The notes beneath the pieces are model-generated. The model did no database searches. It worked only from the letters and a program-made list of their open reading frames with translations, and was not told where the DNA came from. A stretch of 64,000 bases of DNA from Adineta vaga (lineage: Eukaryota; Animalia; Rotifera), in contig CP075492.1 in the NCBI GenBank assembly GCA_021613535.1, forward strand, positions 14,055,769 through 14,119,768, read 5' to 3'. Shown here in pieces: positions 12,559 to 25,158 of the stretch. Within the stretch, counting starts at the first letter, position 1. Every line of letters begins with the position of its first letter. The translations under genes were made by a program, and so were the position numbers.

Positions 12559-14938
12559 TTATTCTATAAAATTAATATAAACCTTATCGTCAAGATCGTT
12601 TTCATAATCAATACCACACCGAAACCAATGACGAACAGTATTTGGTAAGCAACAGCAACAAATATCATCGATTGTAATAATTAATTTTCGATCAATTTCA
12701 TGCGGTTTAAGTGGACGAGTTAAATATGAGACAATTAGACCAACAATAAGAACTGTACTAACTGCAATAAATGAATACCACATATAACTTATAGAATAAA
12801 AGTTAAACATTAGATTAGATCTAAAATATATCAAATGAAATTAATTTTAATTATTAGTTCAAATTACATACTTGTTTATTGGAGTAGAAAAACTTATTAT
12901 TGTTGTTTCATTAATTGATAAAGAACAGTTTGTAGTAGATAAAGATAAACGTTCACTTTTTCTTTGATTGCTAGTTATTTGTGATCCGATAAAAATCCAT
13001 AATGATATAACAATACCAGAAATAAAGCCAACTGAACATCCGCGATGATTAGCTCGTGGAAAAAAGAAACCAAGAAAAAACACACCCATAATTGGACCTT
13101 GTAAAGCACCAAATAAAGATATTGTAGCATTTAATATAGGACCAAAATAACTAACTATGTAAGTTAATAATATAACAACAATTCCTAATATAATCGAAAA
13201 GATCTTCGAAATAAAACCTTGTCTTTCATCACTTAATTTTCTACGTAATAAACCTTTATAAATATCTTCAATAATTACAGCTGCAAGACTATTTAAACCA
13301 GAAGATAATGTTGATAATGAACCAGAAAAGACACAAGCAAGAAAAATTCCTGGTAAACCTGATATATTACTTAATACTTCCATTACAAAATAAGGAAATA
13401 TTTGATCGATAGATGAAATAAATTTACTTGTAAATGGATCACAATTAGCATAATATGCATAAATAATAATTCCAATGAAACAAGATAAAAGAATGATACA
13501 TATTGAACATATTGCATTAATAAATAATGCTTGTTTAGCATCACGTGTTGTTCGAACACACATATATCGTTGAACTTGTGTTTGATTAAAACTAAGGTTA
13601 GATAGAATATTTAAAGTACCACCGATTATTATAGACCAAATTGTATGACGAACTCGAGGATCAATACTGACACTAAGAAAAGAAAACGAAATCTTCTGTA
13701 TAATTAAAGATCAAAGTTTGAAAAAGAATACTTATTAAATTGTATTCTACCACCTTTTGATGCAATCGAAAATACAGGACCAAAACCACCGAGCGTGATC
13801 AAACCTAAGAATAAATAGAAAATTTTCTCGAATTATAATCCCTTAATATTACCTTGTATAATTGCTGAAAGTAGACCTATAAGCATAATTGATACTTGTA
13901 GAACATCTGTCCAAATAACAGCTTTCATTCCACCCTAATTCAAAACATAGATTAATTAATTCATTATTTCCTTGATTATAACTACATACCACAGATGAAT
14001 AAAAAGTACAAATAATTCCAATAGAAAAAACAGAAAGCCATATATTTAAGCCAGTAGCTAAATTAAAATAGTTTTCATTAACAAAAGTAAAGAATTTACT
14101 TACTCTGATTGAGTGCCAATGCTGGACCATATAAAACAATAGCCATAGAAATCAACTATTAAAATAGTAAATATGAAAACAAAATAAAATTATTTATTAG
14201 TTTTTACCATTAAAATTGAGAAAACGAGAGACACACTAACACGTATTGTACGATCGAAGCGTTTTTCTAAGTACTATAGATAATAAATATTTTAATAAAT
14301 AATAAATTAATATAAAATTTCAATATACTTCATAAGTACTTGTACAGTTCATTTCACGAAATTTTGGCATAAATACAAATGCTGTTATTGTTGCTGCTAT
14401 TGTCAAAGAAATAGCTAAAAGATAAATTCTATTTTTATTCATATTCTGTAATAAAGAATTCGAATATAATTAATAAAAACTTTTCATAACAATTATTCTT
14501 TTCTCATTCTCTACTAAATATTTGCTAATTATAAAATTTTATTCTAAAAGACTTCATATTACTTCGTACCACTATAGCAATACATAGTTCCATTCATATA
14601 AATTTCACTTGGTGTTCCGAGAATTGTATTAGCCGATAGAAACGATGCTGTTAAACTGAGAGCTACTGGAAGTACCTGAATAGAATTTCAATATATAACA
14701 CAAAGAAATTAATTTTAAGTAAAAACTCACTCCAATTTTGCGATTAGCTATCATAGAAGAAAAATATTAATATTCATTAATGAAAAAAAAACATATTAAA
14801 ATGATTACCGAGTAGAAATTCTTTTGCTGAACTTTTCTTTGCTTTGAAAAATCCAAATATAATACCAATAACTGCCGATGTTAAAAGAAGTAAAATAAGA
14901 AGAACATAGTCTAATATATTTAGGGTACGTATCATCAT
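12559..14938 (-). CDS. Sodium:solute symporter (SLC5/SSF family; closest in feel to the Na+-coupled monocarboxylate/multivitamin/iodide transporter group). It has about 12 exons separated by 45–70-nt introns.
   Basis: Start [14 protein letters not shown]... at 14938. Exons encode [51 protein letters not shown] (the SSF signature), [17 protein letters not shown] and a large exon at 13679..12859 (...[19 protein letters not shown]...[28 protein letters not shown]...). The last exon is 12834..12559. GT/AG boundaries are seen at several junctions. Confidence 0.7.
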
Positions 14939-16173
14939 TTTTATTTTAAAATAATAATAATTGATTTATTTTAGAACATTTATAGAACTGTAATGTAGAT
15001 ATAATAATAGAATCTGTAAAATGGAATTTAGAGAGAAAAATTAAATAAAAACAATCTATTACAAATGACCTTTTTGTTTGTATTATGATCGACCTTCAAG
15101 AATAATTTTAAAAAAAAGGTTATCTGTTGATAAAATTTATCATCAATCGTAAATACTTTGAAATATTTTTCTTTATTTATATATGATTTCATTCATATTG
15201 AATAGAATAATATGTATTCATCAAAAAGAAACATATGATATCAAAATCACTGTATTAATTCGAAGAACATATTCGTCAAATATTATGTTTCTTAATCATC
15301 GATTTCATTGTACAGTGGCTTTAGAAAGTTAAAGATTGTATTCATTGTACTGTGTTCATTTGAAGGCAAAGGAGAAAAAGCGTTACTCTAATATTTCAAA
15401 AAATATTTTGTAGTACGAGCGAAGTTGGATCGGAGTATGAGTAAAATAATTGAAGTGATGAATTATTGAAGTAGCGCTTTTTCATTCCTGATCTTGATAA
15501 GATCAAATTATTTGAATTGAAAAAAAAAATGTTTTTGTTTTAATATAGATATTCGATACATTGATATTATGGTATCACTTTCTCGAATAGTCAATATATT
15601 TCATTAAATATGTTCCTACTATTTTCTCTCAAAATCATTTCTTCTCAATATTTGTCAATTTCTTCGATCCGTATTTCCATCCTTCATTGATACAAAGTGC
15701 AATTCCATTTTCAAAGTGAGTATATGCGAATATAGACCGATCATATGTCGCTTCATTGGCAAAACAAACTACAACATGACAGCAAAAAAACTCGACAAGA
15801 ATCATGAATTATGATTCAGCTAGAAGAAGATCATAGCAATGTCCTATCGTTTTACGTCAAATATGTACTATCACGTTATCTCGATCAATATCAGGATGCG
15901 CCAGTTCGTATGATCATATTTATAAACCATTATTTCATCTAATATTGTAATGAATAACGGATCACCAGATTAAAATGTTATAAAAATATGTGATTCCATT
16001 TTCCTCGAAGTAACATATACGAATGTACTGATTTTCGGCGCCATCTATAAAATGTGTTCATTGAACAGTTACTATATCCTATCTTCTTATTTGTATAGTT
16101 TATTGACTTTATTGACGATATAAACTACTAAACTAAAGTGTCCATATAACGTTAAGAATTATTATCATAAACT

Positions 16174-16902
16174 ATGTCGAATCATTCTAAAGAAGTACAT
16201 TCTTTAGTTGATCGGTCAGAGAAAACGTCTCATCCACTTCCTCGTCTTGTCTTCTCAGTTCTTCGTGCAATTGATCCTTATCTTCAATCACTCTTAATTT
16301 TTCATGGATTTGGTCATCAGCTCTTATCTCAATTTGGTCTCACTACAATTCCTGCTGGACCGAAAGGCAAAGTACTAGTAGCGATGGCAGCTGGTTGTGC
16401 TTTGAAACAAATTATTAATATGGTTTACATCCTAGAAATAAAAATAGATTATTCAGCAGCAGTTGGTATATGCATTTATAACACGTTAACAAATTCGATT
16501 GCTTCACTTTCTTCTATTTATTATGGACCTTCGAATGAACTAGGTAATTTACAATATGTGGGCATTTCATTATTTTCTGTTGGCCTTCTCACTGAATTAA
16601 TATCTGAACTTCAACGCAAACGATTTAAAGATGATCCAGCAAATAAAGGCAAACTCTATACTGGTGGATTGTTTTCTCTTGCTCGTCATATTAATTATGG
16701 TGGATATAGTCTTTGGCGTACAGGAATGGCTTTAACAAGTGGAAATTATTGGTGGGCTGCTTTACAATTCTCATTTCATCTCTGGTACTTTACAACCAAA
16801 GGTATACCTGATATCGCTGGTTATTGCAGCAAAAGATATGGTGATGAATGGAAAAAATATGAACGTGATGTTCCAAATACTTTACTACCATATATCTGGT
16901 GA
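16174..16902 (+). CDS. ICMT/PEMT/DUF1295-superfamily membrane methyltransferase-like protein, single exon, 242 aa.
   Basis: Multi-pass hydrophobic protein whose C-terminal motif GGLFSLARHINYGGYSLW...EE..L...YG.EW..Y matches the G-x-Y-x-x-x-R-H-P-x-Y-x-G / E-E SAM-binding signature of isoprenylcysteine carboxyl- and phospholipid-methyltransferases. Confidence 0.45.
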   Translation: MSNHSKEVHSLVDRSEKTSHPLPRLVFSVLRAIDPYLQSLLIFHGFGHQLLSQFGLTTIPAGPKGKVLVAMAAGCALKQIINMVYILEIKIDYSAAVGICIYNTLTNSIASLSSIYYGPSNELGNLQYVGISLFSVGLLTELISELQRKRFKDDPANKGKLYTGGLFSLARHINYGGYSLWRTGMALTSGNYWWAALQFSFHLWYFTTKGIPDIAGYCSKRYGDEWKKYERDVPNTLLPYIW

Positions 16903-17235
16903 TCTTATTATGATATAGATTGACAATCTTATATTTTGAATAAAATATCCAAGCTTAAATGATTTGATTTTAGATTCCGATTGTATGTTGAAAAGAACTC
17001 AAACTTGCATTCGTATTCTTTGCCATTTCTAGCAGTCAGTGCAAACATTAAAATTACTTTTATTTAGGTGATAGCGTTCACTCCCTCTCGACTTCTCTCT
17101 AAACATAATAAGAAGATTCAACATAGATAGTTACTTAAGTAATAAGTATCTTCGTGTCATACTTATTTTTATAATATCGCGTTGGAATAAAATATGAATT
17201 AGAATTATTTGGTGCGAATATGATTGAAGGATCAA

Positions 17236-18989
17236 TTACATGATCTCTTCTGGTGCAATATGTTTTCTTTCTTGTAATTTAAATCGAATCAAATAATATT
17301 GATGCCGAATAAGTCGATAAAGCATTTCAATAAACTCCATAACAGATAGAAAACTAATACCAATCCATAGACCCGTTTGACCACCAATATTCGAAAGAAC
17401 ATCAACGATCGTAAGTTGTGCTGATTGTTTATTTTCTTCTACGACTGTTGTTTCTCGGACTATGCTTAAAGCAAGATAATTTTTCTTTATATGATTTTCC
17501 CAATTTGTTGACCAATCGGTAGGTAATGGAACAGTTGATTTTTCTACAAATGCTTTTATACCATTCATTTGCCATTCTACAGGTGATTCTAAGGCTGATT
17601 TTTGAATAAGAAATTCACTTATTAAACATTCTGTTGAACAATCAGAACAATATTTCTCTTGAAGATCTGTTGAACTTAAAAGTTCATCAACTGCTCGATC
17701 ATAACATGGGTTAGAATGAATATATTTACAAACAGGTGCTTGAACAGTTTTCTTGGTACTTGGTAAAACAAGTGATCGAGCATTCCACAGATATGGACTA
17801 ATGCATCCACATTTTTCATATCTTTAAAAAAAAGAATTCACTCATTGGAAAGTTTTCTTTCGATTTTACTTACGCGTAAGTTTGTTCACAGAGTTGTTGA
17901 CAAATACTCTGAGTATAACCATAATCTGCACCATTGTAATAGTTTTCGTACATGATTTTCATGCTCAATGATACACGATCAGTACATGTTGTATAAGGAG
18001 GTGAGAGTAATGAAGTTGTCTTCTTTTTATAACCTAACTTATGTTTATGTCCTGGATTTAAATAGATTCCTGCTGTTTCAATTGAAGGTAATTGAGTATT
18101 ATCATGAACTAACGCAACCATTCCAACTCCTAAAAGTAAAACAAATAAAACTGTATATGATTACTGCATGTTGATATTTATCGATGCATACCTGTCCAAT
18201 AATAAGGAATATATTGATGACTATGTACATAAAATTCCATTTCAAGTAATCCATTTCCACCATGTTCATTTCCGTATCGTACGTAATTTTCATTTGTCTC
18301 ATTTTTCATTTTTGCATTGAATGTATGACAAAGTCCATGTGTTACCGAAATGAATGAAATGAAATTATCAATGGTACATGGATATGAATTGAATCTACAT
18401 GTATAAAGCATGGATGAAAGCGAGTAGAAATAGGGATTCAATGATTGATTTGCATTAATACTATCAATGACGAACGATCCAATGTAGTCAACCATCGATA
18501 GAGGTAATTCACTTCGATTATTGGTATTTGTTGCGTTTATTCTATCAGTATAATTGTAGAACGCTTCGAGAAAGCGATCAAGACGAAATGGTCCAGCATT
18601 ACAGATGCTAACTGCAGGAAAATATTGTGGCCATTCTCGAATGATATTTATATCAATTTGTGTCGGATATTCATAATAGCTCAAGATAGATTTGACGACA
18701 AAATATATCATAACAATAGTAAAAGAAATGAAAGATATTGACCAGAATATTCGATTATGTATACTTTCACTACGAGCTATACCTGGAACACCATGCATCG
18801 ATGTATTCAAACTGAATTCACGAATAATTGAGTGCCGATGCCGAAGTTTCTTTTCTTCTTCCTTTTTGTCTGTTTTGATGTGATCGGTAGATCTGTAATC
18901 GAATGAAAGTATAGATGAATTTGTGTCGATTATATCACTTACTTTTGAGAAGTTCTAGGTTGATTTTTTGCGTACTCGTTTTCTCTCAT
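17236..18989 (-). CDS. DEG/ENaC (amiloride-sensitive sodium channel / degenerin / ASIC family) channel subunit, at least 4 exons.
   Basis: The N-terminus FSLNTSMHGV is followed by TM1, then FPAVSICN (the family hallmark FPAV(T/S)(I/F)C). A Cys-rich extracellular domain follows (GYTQSICQQLCEQTYA|YEKCGC...CSDCSTEC). The final exon has TM2 with the selectivity-filter context LSNIGGQTGLWIGISFLSVMEFIE. Splice junctions GC|GTAAGT...aaag| and CAG|GTATGC...tttag| keep the frame. Confidence 0.75.
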
Positions 18990-19840
18990 CTTCTTTGTAT
19001 TTGCTTTGAAAATCAGAGTAGAAGTTTCAACGTGGAAAAAAGTGTTTTTCTCTAAAAAAAAACATTTAAAGTAATTACTTGGATGAGTTTTCTTTTCCGG
19101 TGAAGAAAAAACGTTTTGCTTTGTGATAAAGTCAAATGAGAGAAATGTTTTATTTACACTCTTACAATCTTTTTGAACAACTCTTCTCCATTAGTGCCTG
19201 AAACATATATATATATTGTCTACCCTTAAACGGTAAAGCACTAATATTTTTCGGTACTTTACTCGTGAAAAGTCTCGTTTAACTGTAAACGTGAGCGTTA
19301 AAAAAGAGTATGAACTCTGAAGCATCCTTTATTTTTAATTCTATTTAATTAGTATTTGATTAAATTTGGTAAGAATCCAAATTATTTCCTCCGTAATTTT
19401 GATGTTCTAAATCAATTTCGTAAAACTTGTGTCGCATTATCATACAAATAAAACAGCTGGTGCATTTGTAATAATTGGAAATTTCTTTTACAAGAAGAAT
19501 GGTCATGGGTTTTTCCCTGCATCGATGATAACTATAAAAGAAGCAGTTCAAGACATAGATATTCTATATTAAGTTATTATATTTCATCTGAAACATTTTA
19601 CGATAAAGTCAAATCTATTTCTCAATTGAAATATAGTAGTATATTCCTTGAAAGAAAACAGGAGTAAGTAAGTTACAACATCAGCTGTCTGATTTCATCA
19701 GATTATATTGACGGTACCATTTGATAATGAATGACGCGTTTCAAATCTATAAAATTGTTAGAAAACGCATGATAAACTAGAGATTTATTATTATTTCATT
19801 TCAGATTCTCAATCGTCTGTGAAGGAATTATCAAAAAACT

Positions 19841-22800
19841 ATGGTAAACATATTTCTGTATGGGTATAAAAACTTTATTGCGTTTCTTCTTTCAGTTACC
19901 AGAAGATCTAAATAGAGCTCGTCTTTCTGTCATAATTCATGATATTAATGAATGCCTTAATCAGAAAGATATCGAACGGGTAATTCAACAAAAAGTTAGT
20001 CAATCAACATATAAACTGCGTTTAGGGAAACCATATGGTTAGTATACTTTATCGATGTAAATATCATTGCGTAAGAGTAAACCATTGTATAGTTGATGCT
20101 AATGGCGAACAACGACGCAAAGCTTATATAAATTTTCAAGATAAAAAGCAAGTAGATGAGTTCATGAAAAATCGTCCATTCAAAGTTCATGGAAAAGAAC
20201 TTAAAGTATCACGATATAATCCAAAAGATATTCCTCTCTCTGGTCAAATTACGTCTGCTCTAGTGGTGAAATCGTGTGAATCACAACAAGATGGCAGTTT
20301 TCGAACGAAACTGACAGAACATTCTTTGAACAAATACCTCGGTAAATTTGGTAGTATAATTAGTTGTAAACCTTTAAATGATGGCGAATACATTCTGCAA
20401 TTTAAAGAGTAATATCTATATTAATCAATTTGAAAATTCAACTAGAGAAACTTTATTGATCTTTTTTCTCTAGTTATGATTCGATTGATAGAATTATTCT
20501 AAAAGACGTATCACATAAAATCGATGGAATGAATGTCATTATTGAAAAAACTCCAGAAATTGTAAAAGGTAACCCATACTATTTTGTAAACAAACACTAA
20601 TTAAAAAACTGTCTTCGATTGTCGGTCAGATGTCCCCACTGCTTCTAATTTACAGAAATCTTGTATTCATGTAACAAACATGCCGATGGATGTGACAAGC
20701 GAGGAATTATCATCGATTTTCCTGGTTTGTGTCGGTTATATTCTTATACAACCAGGATATGAATTGAATGATCATTTATCATCGGATAGTCGTGTAGAAA
20801 GTGAAGCTTGGATCAAGTGTGCAAAGATTAAATCAGACCTACAAGAATTAGCTTCGGAAAAATCGGGAGCAAATTTACGTGGATATAAAATTCAATGTAA
20901 GGTTATTGATGAACCATTTAATAAATCAGAACTATGCAACGAGTACGAAAAAGGACAATGTTCACGTAAACCTGATCAATGCTGGTACAAGCATATACTC
21001 TGTGATGAACCAGACACATGCGTGAATCAAGAGTGTTGGTATGGTCACACTAGCAGAAGACAAACAATATCCAAATCAAGAGTTCTATTGGGTAAAAATA
21101 GAATCAGTTATTGAATATATATTTTCTTGTATTTAGATCCGCGAAGAAATCCTTATCGCTTGAGAATTAGTAATCTTTCTCCGTTAACAACGAAAGAAGA
21201 ATTATTAGAAAATCTGGATATTCATTCAAGACTAATTACGAATCTAAAATTTCAAGAAGAATCAACCTCAAAGAAATCAATCGTAGTTTATCTTGTAAAT
21301 CAATCATCGGAAAATTTTCTTCGAAAGAAAATTCTACAATGGCAAAACAAACCATTGCCAACAAATACATGGAAAAAAATTCAATTTCAATTGGAAAAAA
21401 ATATGGATTTTTTTAATTGGGAGAATCGAAATCGAAGTTCTTCATCAGCTTCAATCCTGACAAAATCTGACCCATGGCGTCGAGAAGTAAAAGACTGTGT
21501 GCAAGTGGATGGGACTCACTCACAAAATTTCAATATAGCTAAACTTGCACCTGAGTGGCGAAAAACAAATGAAAACTCCTTAAATGACACGAATGTTGTA
21601 TGTTCTATAATTAACAAAGGAAATAAAGATATGAAAGCAGTAATCAAGGTCTATAGAAATCAATCAAATGGTCAAACTGCACAATCCTGTGCATGTCGGG
21701 AACAAATTATCCTGGAAAATCTTACAGGTACAAATACAATTTTGACATTGTATTTGCAATTAACTTTATTGCTTTTTTAGATTTTCGCAATATACCAAAA
21801 TTTCTTACAAGCAATACAATTCTACCAGAGGATCCTTGGATTATTATGGAAAAGATTGAAGGTGTTACATTAAAAGAGTATATTCGAAATAATCCTCCTA
21901 ATCTTCATGAAGCATTAGTTATCACTTTGGATCTACTGACTATTGTCAAACAAATACATACTCGAAATATCGTTCATCGGAATATTACGCCAGATAATAT
22001 TATGATTAGAAATTTATTCGATCTGTCCTATATGGATAGATTAGTATTAACTGGTTGTAGTTCATCAGTTTTTAGCGATTCAGACACGACACAAAATCTT
22101 CATAACGTATTTAATGAAGATTTTGACGATCGTATTGATCATCCGAACAAATTGTTCTATCGGGTTCCACAAATGCAGATTCAGCAGAACAGAACAGATG
22201 CTACAGACGAAGAAGAACGAAAAAAATCATGTCGAAGTCCAACAATTGATAGCAGTCATATCTGTGCCATACTATTTTGGATGATTACAAAAAAATATCC
22301 TAAAGAATCGAAAAATATCGAAAATGCAGCACCACATGAATTGAAGGGAAATATCATTGGTATTAAAAATGAAATTGAAAAGGCAACAGGTAAGCAAAAA
22401 CCAACCATACGGATAACGTTTCGATAAAGAATCTCTTTCGTAAAGGAATATGGACAGAAACTACGAAACGAAATTTATTAACTCAATATATGAAATTAAT
22501 ATTTGATCGTGGCTTTGCTGATTTTCATCGACAATGGTCAATCGAAGAACTTGAATATCAAATTCGTTTTGCTCTTCAATTAACAGAAATCAATAGCAAT
22601 AATGCAGAAGAGTCTTCGCTCATTCAATCATTATCAAATATACCCAGCACTTTATCTCTATCAAATGCTTTCGAATGTAATCCTTTTCTTCGAATGATAT
22701 CAGTGATTTTTTGTATTAGAGAACAAATAATAGCACGCTGTTCAAATGTTCCTTGGTTGATAAATGAAATAAACGACTGGCATGGTAATAATCGAGAAAC

Positions 22801-23056
22801 TAAATGTTACAATATTATAACATTTAAAGAAGAAGCTCAAATTTCTCAAAAAATCTACTGGTGTGCAGAGATCAATAAGCAAAACGATTTTTCTATTACT
22901 ATACATGCTAAAATCAATGATAACACCGGTGTCGAATTACCATTAGGTGTTTGGAATCAAGATAATCAGAAGAAATTTCAAGAAGACAGCATTCGAAATT
23001 TTGAATTACAAATGAAATGTTTAATGAATATATTATATGAAGATAAAAATATGTAA
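19841..23056 (+). CDS. Multi-domain RNA-binding pseudokinase with about 9 exons. It carries 3–4 RRM-like domains, two CCCH zinc fingers, a protein-kinase-like domain with degenerate catalytic motifs, and a ~190-aa C-terminal domain of unknown function.
   Basis: Exon joins were worked out by hand (for example ...KPYG|gttagt...tatag|VDANGEQRRKAYINFQD; QFK|gtaata..ctctag|DYDSIDRIILKDVSHKIDGMNVIIEKTPEI|gtaaaag...ttacag|KSCIHVTNMPMDVTSEELSSIF; ...SRVLLG|gtaaaa..atttag|DPRRNPYRLRISNLSPLTTKEEL). CCCH fingers: C-NEYEKGQ-C-SRKPDQ-C-WYK-H and C-DEPDT-C-VNQE-C-WYG-H. Kinase-like: ...VIKVYRN...IIMEKIEGVTLKEYI...IVHRNITPDNIMI...LTGCSS. HRN replaces HRD and no DFG is present, hence a pseudokinase. An ATG-only micro first exon is inferred, so the start position is low-confidence. 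Confidence 0.5.
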
Positions 23057-25158
23057 CTGAAAATGTACTTGTTAACCTAAATATTTTTCGCCTTCAATAA
23101 ACATGATTCGAATTTACCCACACGATCTTTTACAAATAAAAAATCAATGAGAATTTACAAAGTAGGGTGTAGGTGTTTAATTAACTATTTAAAAATAGTT
23201 AATAAAAGTTGGGGAAATTTATTGGTTGCAACGTTACTACCCTCGGTCTAAAATATAGACTCTTACATTCCCATTTGAGTTAGAAATAGAAATATTTTAG
23301 TGCAATTGACAAGAAAGTCCTTACCAGTTGCTGTTGTGCTGGTTATAGCTGTTACAAATGTTTCATTTATTGAATATAGAGCAAGTTCAACACTAAATGA
23401 AGTGCCATTTGTCAATGATATATTGAAAGAAAATGTTGGTGGATCTAATCGAATGGTTGAGAGAACACGGTCAACAAAATGATTCTAGAACATTTTGAAA
23501 AGTGCACAAGTAGATGGATATTTAATTTTAAGATCAATCACAAATATATTTCCAATTTTATTATTCGTAATATATGGTCGAGTGGTGTGTTGAAATAAAT
23601 AGATCGATAAAAAACAGAAGGTTTCCTTTTCTTATTTTAGGACCAAAAGAATAGATGCATAACTATGAAAGATAGAGTATTAACACCCACACCCTTCAAT
23701 ATTTGATACTGTGAATAATGTAAATGGTAAAAGGGTCACCTCTTCTTCATTTAAAAACTGTACGAAACATAGATAGATGAGTATTTTACGTTCAGAATCA
23801 TAACGCAGGAGTAGAGACTTTATATTGCTCGCTGAACTCAAGGTGTACAGACTGTAATGAATAGTTTACATCATAGCGCATTTTGATGAATCTATTATAT
23901 TTAGATAATTCACTTAAGAAGTACTGAACATGTGAAAACGTGTAAACGATGTTGCTCAAAGTTTTAATACACATCTGAATAAGTTGTAAGGTACTATTGG
24001 ACAAATAGTATGTACAGTGATATTTTCCAGTTTATCATGTGCTTGTTTGAGTATTGGTGTAATACGTCGATATCAATGTCCTGTGGAAACAAAAATTCCA
24101 TTATGGTTAACTGTTAATGGTGGACTAGAAGTTGAAATTAATTCATTCATCATAATCGTGGTAGGTCAACACATAATTACATTTAATTGAATTAAACTAA
24201 TCTTTTTTTACAACAATTTCATTATTAAATTAGCTTATTGTAAAATTACTCTTTTGTCGCAAAACTAATCATGAGGAAATTGTTGATGGCTGTGTGCGTT
24301 TACTCAATTTGTGTTTATTTTTGTTCATGCTTGTTTGGCTAATCTTAGTAAGTCAATCGATATGATTGGATATATTTTCTCTTATTTATTGAAACATTAC
24401 TAGGGTAGTATATGGATGTTTAAAGTCAGACCTAATGTTCAATATGATATGATTCTACTCTTAGCAATTACCGTGAAAAGCAAATGTTTAATTTTGTTTT
24501 TGGCTTAATCATTGTACAGTATGTTGAGTGACGGGATTATTTTCCTGTTGCATATGTTGTGGAATTTGCGCTCTTTATTTTGGTTGATTGATAATTAAAC
24601 GATGAAAGTCAGTCCAATAAAAAGCTCGTAAAATTAACCTAGACTATTTTCTACGATAAAGATGAATTAAATCACTGAAAAACGTATCTATGTTCTTCTG
24701 TCAATCAACCTTTTTTCGATCTGTGTTTGACTATTGACGTTATCATGTAATACTAGTGTTCGAAAGAATGACAGAAAAAAAAACACGTGTTATACTTATT
24801 TGTCGATCGTAACTTGAAAAAAGAAGAAAGTCATTCACTTTTTTTTCAAGTTCGTAAAAAGGTAAAGTTTGATGATTAAGTAATCGGCGTTTAGACGATA
24901 CAATATAGATGTTCTTCATGCATGTCCTACTCAAACTTTTAGTATGATATACACTTTTTTGAAATACTACAAACCGAATCACCTTCTATATAGACTATTT
25001 ACGTTATGTATACCTAATGCTTATATGTTTACATGCAGTTGTACGTAGAAATGAAGGTAAGTACGAGAATGATTGCATAATATCAAACGAATAAAAAGTA
25101 TATTTGTAATTTGTGATAAAATTATGAATGCTAGTTTTAGATTATAATACGTAATCAA

